Source: Candidatus Saccharimonadota bacterium (lineage in GTDB: Bacteria > Patescibacteriota > Saccharimonadia > Saccharimonadales > Saccharimonadaceae). Taken from it: DNA of 64,000 nt. This document shows, one piece after another, positions 59,511-64,000 of the stretch (its first letter is position 1; every line of letters begins with the position of its first letter). Below the pieces are notes generated by a model, which was given only the letters and a program-made list of their open reading frames with translations, searched no databases and had not been told where the DNA came from. Position numbers and translations under genes: made by a program. The DNA is taken from NCBI GenBank assembly GCA_017524405.1, contig JAFWSJ010000014.1, positions 65,623 through 129,622 on the forward strand, given 5' to 3'.

Positions 59511-61224
59511 CAAATCCATCGACGGCCTGACTAGAAAGCCAGCCACCAAGAAGCCGGCCGCAAAGAAGCCAGTAAAGAAACCAACCGCGAAGAAACCTGT
59601 CGCCATCAAGGTGAAGGACCTCGATGCTCAGCCAGTAGTCGCCGAGCCGATTGTCGAGGAGCCAGTAGCGGCCCCGGCCGAACCAGAAACGCCTGTAACT
59701 GACGATATCTCTGCTGAGATTGCGGACCTCGAAAAATCTGAGCCAGAGATGACCGCCGAGCAGCCTGCCGTAAAGAAGGCTGTAAAGAAGCATAGCCTTG
59801 CCTCTAAGATTATTTGCCTCGTGCTTCTCCTTGCTGAGGCAGTAACTGGCGGACTCTTTATCTACGCTCTCCTCAAGCTCAACGTACTCGCCGACTGGCA
59901 GAACTACGCGATTATTGTAGCAATGACACTACTCTTCCTCTTCACCGCGCGCAAGCTCACGAAGAAGAAAGCCAAGAACGTCACTCGCATCATCTGCTGC
60001 GTCATCGCCGGCTTACTCGCTATCGGCTACGGCGTCGGGTTCTACTATATCAGCACCGTTTCTAGCTTCCTCCAGAAGATTACGACGATCGACAATACTG
60101 AGACTCAGGAATACTCCGTCGTTGTTTATAAGGACAGCAATATTAAGAAGATCGAGAAACTAGCCGGCAAGAATATCGGCTTCCAGAGTGGCAACATCCA
60201 CCTAAAGCTCGCCGAAAACAAGCTCAAAGAAGCCGTTAAATACTCAAAGAAGGAATATGACGACCTCGCCAGTATCTTCATCGATATGGACAATGGTACG
60301 CTTTCTGCCGTTTCGATGGCCTCTAGCTACCTCGAGGTGCTCAAGGAAGACGCAAAGGATTATTACGATAAGCTCAAGGTTATCTATACCTACGAGATCG
60401 AGTTCGAGAAGGAAAAGAAAACCACGAAGAAAGTCGACATGGAAAACGAGCCATTCGTTATCTACATCAGCGGTACCGACTCTCGTAACGGCGTGAAGGC
60501 AACCGCGCGTAGCGACGTCAACATGCTTGCCGTCATCAACCCGAAGAAGAACAAGATTCTCCTTGTCTCCGTCCCACGCGACTACTACGTCCAGCTCCAC
60601 GGCACTACTGGCAAGAAAGATAAGCTCACCCACGCCGGCATCTACGGCATCGACATGAGCAAGAACACGATGTCCGACCTCTTCGGCGGCGTCGAGATTG
60701 CCCATACCGTCAAGGTTAGCTTCAAAACCGTCGAGAACCTCGTAAACGCGGTCGAAGGTATCGATATCTACTCCGACCAGAGCTTCACGGCTTGGACGGA
60801 CCGCAGCTGCCGCATTCCGAAGGGTGATATTCACCTCGATGGTCGTTGCGCCCTCGCCTTTAGCCGCGAGCGCATGTCTTATGCAACTGGCGACCGCCAC
60901 CGCGTCGAGAACCAACAGAACGTCCTCACGGCCATTCTAAAGAAAGCGACGAGTATTCAGTATATTGTGAACTATCCAAGGCTTCTCAGCGCGATTGAGG
61001 GCACTTTCCAGACCAGTCTCAGCTACGAGGACATCACTAGCTTCGCCAAGATGCAGATGAACACGATGAAGAACTGGGAAATCGAGCAGTTTAGCGTCAA
61101 TGGCTCCGGTAGCACTCAGCCTACATATAGCATGGGCAGCCAGCCGCTTTATGTGATGATTCCGGATCAGAACACCGTGAACGAGGCCATCACGAAGATT
61201 CAGGACACCCTCTCCACTAAGTAG
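59494..61224 (+). CDS. LytR-CpsA-Psr (LCP) family glycopolymer transferase with a Lys/Pro/Ala-rich N-terminus
   Basis: 576 aa. TM helix then LCP core (FVIYISGTDSRNG, RSDVNMLAVINPKKNKILLVSVPRDYYV). Confidence 0.9.
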   Translation: MPSKSSKSIDGLTRKPATKKPAAKKPVKKPTAKKPVAIKVKDLDAQPVVAEPIVEEPVAAPAEPETPVTDDISAEIADLEKSEPEMTAEQPAVKKAVKKHSLASKIICLVLLLAEAVTGGLFIYALLKLNVLADWQNYAIIVAMTLLFLFTARKLTKKKAKNVTRIICCVIAGLLAIGYGVGFYYISTVSSFLQKITTIDNTETQEYSVVVYKDSNIKKIEKLAGKNIGFQSGNIHLKLAENKLKEAVKYSKKEYDDLASIFIDMDNGTLSAVSMASSYLEVLKEDAKDYYDKLKVIYTYEIEFEKEKKTTKKVDMENEPFVIYISGTDSRNGVKATARSDVNMLAVINPKKNKILLVSVPRDYYVQLHGTTGKKDKLTHAGIYGIDMSKNTMSDLFGGVEIAHTVKVSFKTVENLVNAVEGIDIYSDQSFTAWTDRSCRIPKGDIHLDGRCALAFSRERMSYATGDRHRVENQQNVLTAILKKATSIQYIVNYPRLLSAIEGTFQTSLSYEDITSFAKMQMNTMKNWEIEQFSVNGSGSTQPTYSMGSQPLYVMIPDQNTVNEAITKIQDTLSTK

Positions 61225-61234
61225 TTTTGACAAA

Positions 61235-61282
61235 GTGAAGCTATTATGCTATCCTAGACCGATAGCTAGCTTCACTTTTTTT
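61235..61282 (+). terminator. intrinsic terminator after the LCP gene
   Basis: GTGAAGCTA...TAGCTTCAC with inner pairing GCTATC/GATAGC, followed by TTTTTTT. Confidence 0.7.
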
Positions 61283-61321
61283 GGTCGCTAAGCTAAATAG
61301 CACATTGGAGGTTTACACCAC

Positions 61322-61909
61322 ATGGACAAATTCGGCAATTTGAAGATCTCGGAGTTGATCACTGAGCTCGTCGGAGCAGCACGCAAGAAGTCGCAGAGTA
61401 ATGCCCTGAAGGAGAAGGTCGAAGAAGATGGCCTTGTCGCCATCGGAATCCAGACCATCTCGGCAGAAGCAAAGGAATGGTCCAAGCTCGACTCTGGCGG
61501 CACATTTATCCTTCATTATCGTCCTCTTTTCAAAAAGGGGAAGATCGAAGGAAAAATTGGCAGACGCTTCAAGGCCCGCACAGAGAGGATCGAGCAGGAC
61601 ATGCAGGCTTCATCCGAGGACAGAGCGCGCTATGTTCATCTGGACGATTGGTCAGTCGACAGCGATCTCGGTTCTACTTGTAGCTTCGAGATCAAGGATT
61701 TTAAGACGAACGAGCTTCATATGAGGATCGGCATCTTCGTATCTGGAGACACGGACTTCGCTAGAGAGTGTTGCTATGCCGCTCACAAACAGCTCGAGCT
61801 GATGATCCTGAAGCACTGCCAGGAGGTCAAGACCGACGGAACGACACGGCGCATCGTCTATACGCCGGCAGCGATTCCGGACCCGACTATAAGAGCGATT
61901 GCATCCTAA
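61322..61909 (+). CDS. hypothetical soluble protein
   Basis: 195 aa. TGGAGGT upstream. The N-terminal KISELITELVGAARKKS weakly resembles the ORFan A/B motif. Confidence 0.5.
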   Translation: MDKFGNLKISELITELVGAARKKSQSNALKEKVEEDGLVAIGIQTISAEAKEWSKLDSGGTFILHYRPLFKKGKIEGKIGRRFKARTERIEQDMQASSEDRARYVHLDDWSVDSDLGSTCSFEIKDFKTNELHMRIGIFVSGDTDFARECCYAAHKQLELMILKHCQEVKTDGTTRRIVYTPAAIPDPTIRAIAS

Positions 61910-61973
61910 CGGTAAACCAACAAACAAAAAATGCCGGGCCTCCTGGAGGAGAGACCCGGTTATTTTTATGTCC

Positions 61974-62588
61974 TTAATTTAATCCAGGGAGATCTGCCGA
62001 GACGCTAACCGTTACGACCTTTGGCTGGATGTTCTGGAGCTTAATTAGCGCCACATAACCGCCAATATTCTCGACTTGGAGCATGTCGCTATAGACGAGA
62101 TTAACGGAGACGTTGTAGTTTTCGTCGCGCGAAACGCCCTTTACGCTGATACCGCTAAGCCCCTTGTGCTCATAGGGCACAGCGACGATGGAGCTCGACT
62201 TAAAGAAGTCTTCGCTAACAGTGTATTCACCGGTATGGCCAGCTGCGTCGAGGACGGCGTTAAGCTTATCCTGGCTATTAATGATGTAGTAATCCTGGCC
62301 CTTCGGGGCGTCCAGCTTATCTAGTAGATATCTAGTAACCGTCGGATATTCAGCATGGGCGTTGTAGGCGAAATAATCGGCATCATATTCAACCGTCTTT
62401 ACCTCGACGATCTTATTCTTTTCCTGCTGCGCGGCATTCTCTGAGTCAAACTTGCGCTGCGCATTCATACCAAAGGTGATGAGCGCTAGTACGAAGGCCG
62501 CGCAAAGCAAAACGCTCACGACAGCGGTAATAATAATCTTCGCGTTGAAGCTTTTTTCTTCGGTTTCGTTGTGGTTCTCGTTATCCAT
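61974..62588 (-). CDS. hypothetical membrane-anchored protein
   Basis: 204 aa. One N-terminal TM helix (IIITAVVSVLLCAAFVLALITF). AAGGGAAGG upstream. Lies 25 nt after frr. Confidence 0.5.
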   Translation of the reverse strand: MDNENHNETEEKSFNAKIIITAVVSVLLCAAFVLALITFGMNAQRKFDSENAAQQEKNKIVEVKTVEYDADYFAYNAHAEYPTVTRYLLDKLDAPKGQDYYIINSQDKLNAVLDAAGHTGEYTVSEDFFKSSSIVAVPYEHKGLSGISVKGVSRDENYNVSVNLVYSDMLQVENIGGYVALIKLQNIQPKVVTVSVSADLPGLN

Positions 62589-62613
62589 TTGCCTTCCCTT
62601 TTTGCTTACTTGG

Positions 62614-63156
62614 CTAGATCCTCATGATCTCCGCTTCTTTTTCGGCGAAGAGCTTGTCAATCTCGGTGTTGAACTCATGAATCATATCGTCGACAGCCTT
62701 CTCGGCGCGCTTCTTGGCGTCTTCGGCAAGCTCCATGCCCTTAATGTCTTTGCGGGCATCCTCACGGGCCTGGCGGAGCTGAACTTTGGACTCCTCGACC
62801 TTGCCGCTAGCAGTCTTTACGATTTCCTTGCGGCGCTCCTCGGTGAGTGGAGGAATCGGGACGCGAATCACACGGCCGTCATCGGCTGGATTGAGACCAA
62901 GAGCCTGATCGGCACGAATTGCACTAGAAATCTTCTCAATGTTGCTCATATCGTACGGAGTAATTAGGAGCATAGTAGCGCCCTGGACGGTGATATTTGC
63001 AATCTGATTGAGTGGCATGTACTGGCCATAAACCTCTGCCTTTACGTTAGCGAGCATATCTGGGTGCGCACGACCGGTGCGAACCTTCTTCATTTCTTCC
63101 TTGAAACGGTCCACCACTGCTGTCATTTTGGCTTTTACGCCGTTAGTATCGAACAT
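62614..63156 (-). CDS. frr: ribosome recycling factor
   Basis: 180 aa. FKEEMKKVRTGRAHPDML and full-length RRF-like sequence. Confidence 0.96.
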   Translation of the reverse strand: MFDTNGVKAKMTAVVDRFKEEMKKVRTGRAHPDMLANVKAEVYGQYMPLNQIANITVQGATMLLITPYDMSNIEKISSAIRADQALGLNPADDGRVIRVPIPPLTEERRKEIVKTASGKVEESKVQLRQAREDARKDIKGMELAEDAKKRAEKAVDDMIHEFNTEIDKLFAEKEAEIMRI

Positions 63157-64000
63157 AGTTTGTCAAACTCCTCTTTATCTTTAAATTTTAGCACGATATC
63201 ACCTGAGCCGCGAGCACTAGTGCTGATGCGAACTTTCACGCCCAATTTCTTGCTGATGGTTTTTGCTTCTGCGTCGGCATTGATGCGCGGTTTATAGGCG
63301 CCCTTGCCGGCTTTTTCGCTCTTGCGACCCTTGAGGTCAACGACATATTGCTCGACTTTGCGAGCGGTCCATCCTTCATTTACGATCTTTGGCAATACCG
63401 CCTTCACCTGAGCCGGTTCAAGCGTCACGAGTGGGCGCATCTGGCCCTCAGAGAGCTTGTGCTCGACCATAGCGTGCTTCGCCTCGTCTGGGAGGCCGAG
63501 GAGGCGCATTGTATTTACGATAGCCGGCTCACTTTTGCCAACACGCTTAGCGATCTCAGTGTTACTGAGATTGAATTGGTCACGAAACTTCTGGTAAACC
63601 GTTGCAATTTCGATCGCATTGAGATCTTCGCGCTGGACGTTCTCGATCAAAGAGAGCTCGAGGCGATTCTGAGCGCTGAGCGTGCGGACGATGGCCGGAA
63701 TCTTATCGAGGCCAGCAATCTTACTAGCGCGCCAACGGCGTTCACCAGCGACAATCTTATACTTGCCGTTCTCTTTGACAACCACGATTGGCTGAACGAC
63801 GCCATGCTCCTTGATGGAGGCCGCGAGAGCGTTTAACTGCTCTTCATTAAAGTTGCGGCGTGGCTGATCGGAATCTGGAATAATTTCGTCTAGTTTGATA
63901 TCTCTAAGGTCACTAACGCGCTCGTCTTCTTCGGCGGTCGGATCGAAAAAATCATCAATCCCTTCGGTTGGGATGAGTTTGTCGACGCCGCTACCGAGAC
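63135..64000 (-). CDS. parB: ParB/Spo0J partition protein (5' end beyond the window)
   Basis: The frame stays open to 64000 (..LGSGVDKLIPTEG..QPRRNFNEEQLNALAASIKEHGVVQPIVV..). GERRWRASKIAGL box. The ORF-track M at 63785 is an internal GTG. Confidence 0.9.
   Translation of the reverse strand, partial: LGSGVDKLIPTEGIDDFFDPTAEEDERVSDLRDIKLDEIIPDSDQPRRNFNEEQLNALAASIKEHGVVQPIVVVKENGKYKIVAGERRWRASKIAGLDKIPAIVRTLSAQNRLELSLIENVQREDLNAIEIATVYQKFRDQFNLSNTEIAKRVGKSEPAIVNTMRLLGLPDEAKHAMVEHKLSEGQMRPLVTLEPAQVKAVLPKIVNEGWTARKVEQYVVDLKGRKSEKAGKGAYKPRINADAEAKTISKKLGVKVRISTSARGSGDIVLKFKDKEEFDKLCSILTA
63185..63193 (-). promoter_or_regulatory. extended -10 box for frr embedded in the 3' end of parB
   Basis: Minus strand reads TGCTAAAAT, then AAGAGGAG 9 nt before the frr ATG. 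Confidence 0.45.

Noticed and set aside
60244-60915. 223-aa minus-strand ORF
   Set aside because: It is antisense to the LCP gene.

Overview
This is a 64-kb window of a compact bacterial genome that uses the standard genetic code (TGA is a stop). The gene content suggests a Patescibacteria/CPR, Saccharibacteria-like organism, but that call is inference only. It rests on tight ribosomal operons, Lys/Ala/Glu-rich tails on ribosomal proteins, a T4SS-pilin-like protein, a minimal SufC-SufB/D pair, GH13 plus a glucan phosphorylase, and many membrane-anchored ORFans.

Recognisable content:
- the minus-strand S10/spc ribosomal operon (rpsJ ... rplE, with rpsN truncated at the window start)
- the str-operon genes rpsL, rpsG, fusA and tuf
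- secE-nusG-rplK-rplA, rpmG, trxA-trxB, sufC plus a short sufB/D-like gene, an ABC-F ATPase and cdsA
- a GH13 glucosidase and a GlgP-type phosphorylase
- tRNA-Gln(CTG) and tRNA-Thr(GGT)
- a roughly 13-kb Wzx/Wzy-type cell-envelope glycopolymer locus ending in vanZ-like and LCP genes
- frr and a truncated parB

I saw no rRNA, CRISPR array, transposase, integrase or reverse transcriptase. About a third of the ORFs have no function I can recognise.

Most notable observations:
1. The normally contiguous rpsL-rpsG-fusA-tuf-rpsJ-rplC supercluster is cut into separately promoted pieces. The three gaps between fusA, tuf and rpsJ and upstream of fusA carry opposite-strand ORFan cassettes that include small paralogous families.
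2. Next to tRNA-Gln there is a T4SS-pilin-like/cysteine-peptidase fusion. It is followed by three tandem promoter / small 2-TM protein / terminator cassettes whose regulatory DNA is conserved while the coding DNA has diverged.
3. The promoter grammar is very regular (TTGACT-N16-17-TGCTATAAT). At least eleven genes have a -10 box 6-9 nt from the ATG with no Shine-Dalgarno, so they are predicted to be leaderless mRNAs.
4. There is a PurA-fold protein lacking the catalytic motifs, and a sigma-region-4-like/alpha-CTD-like fusion behind a structured leader.

All promoters, terminators and refined start codons are predictions from sequence only.
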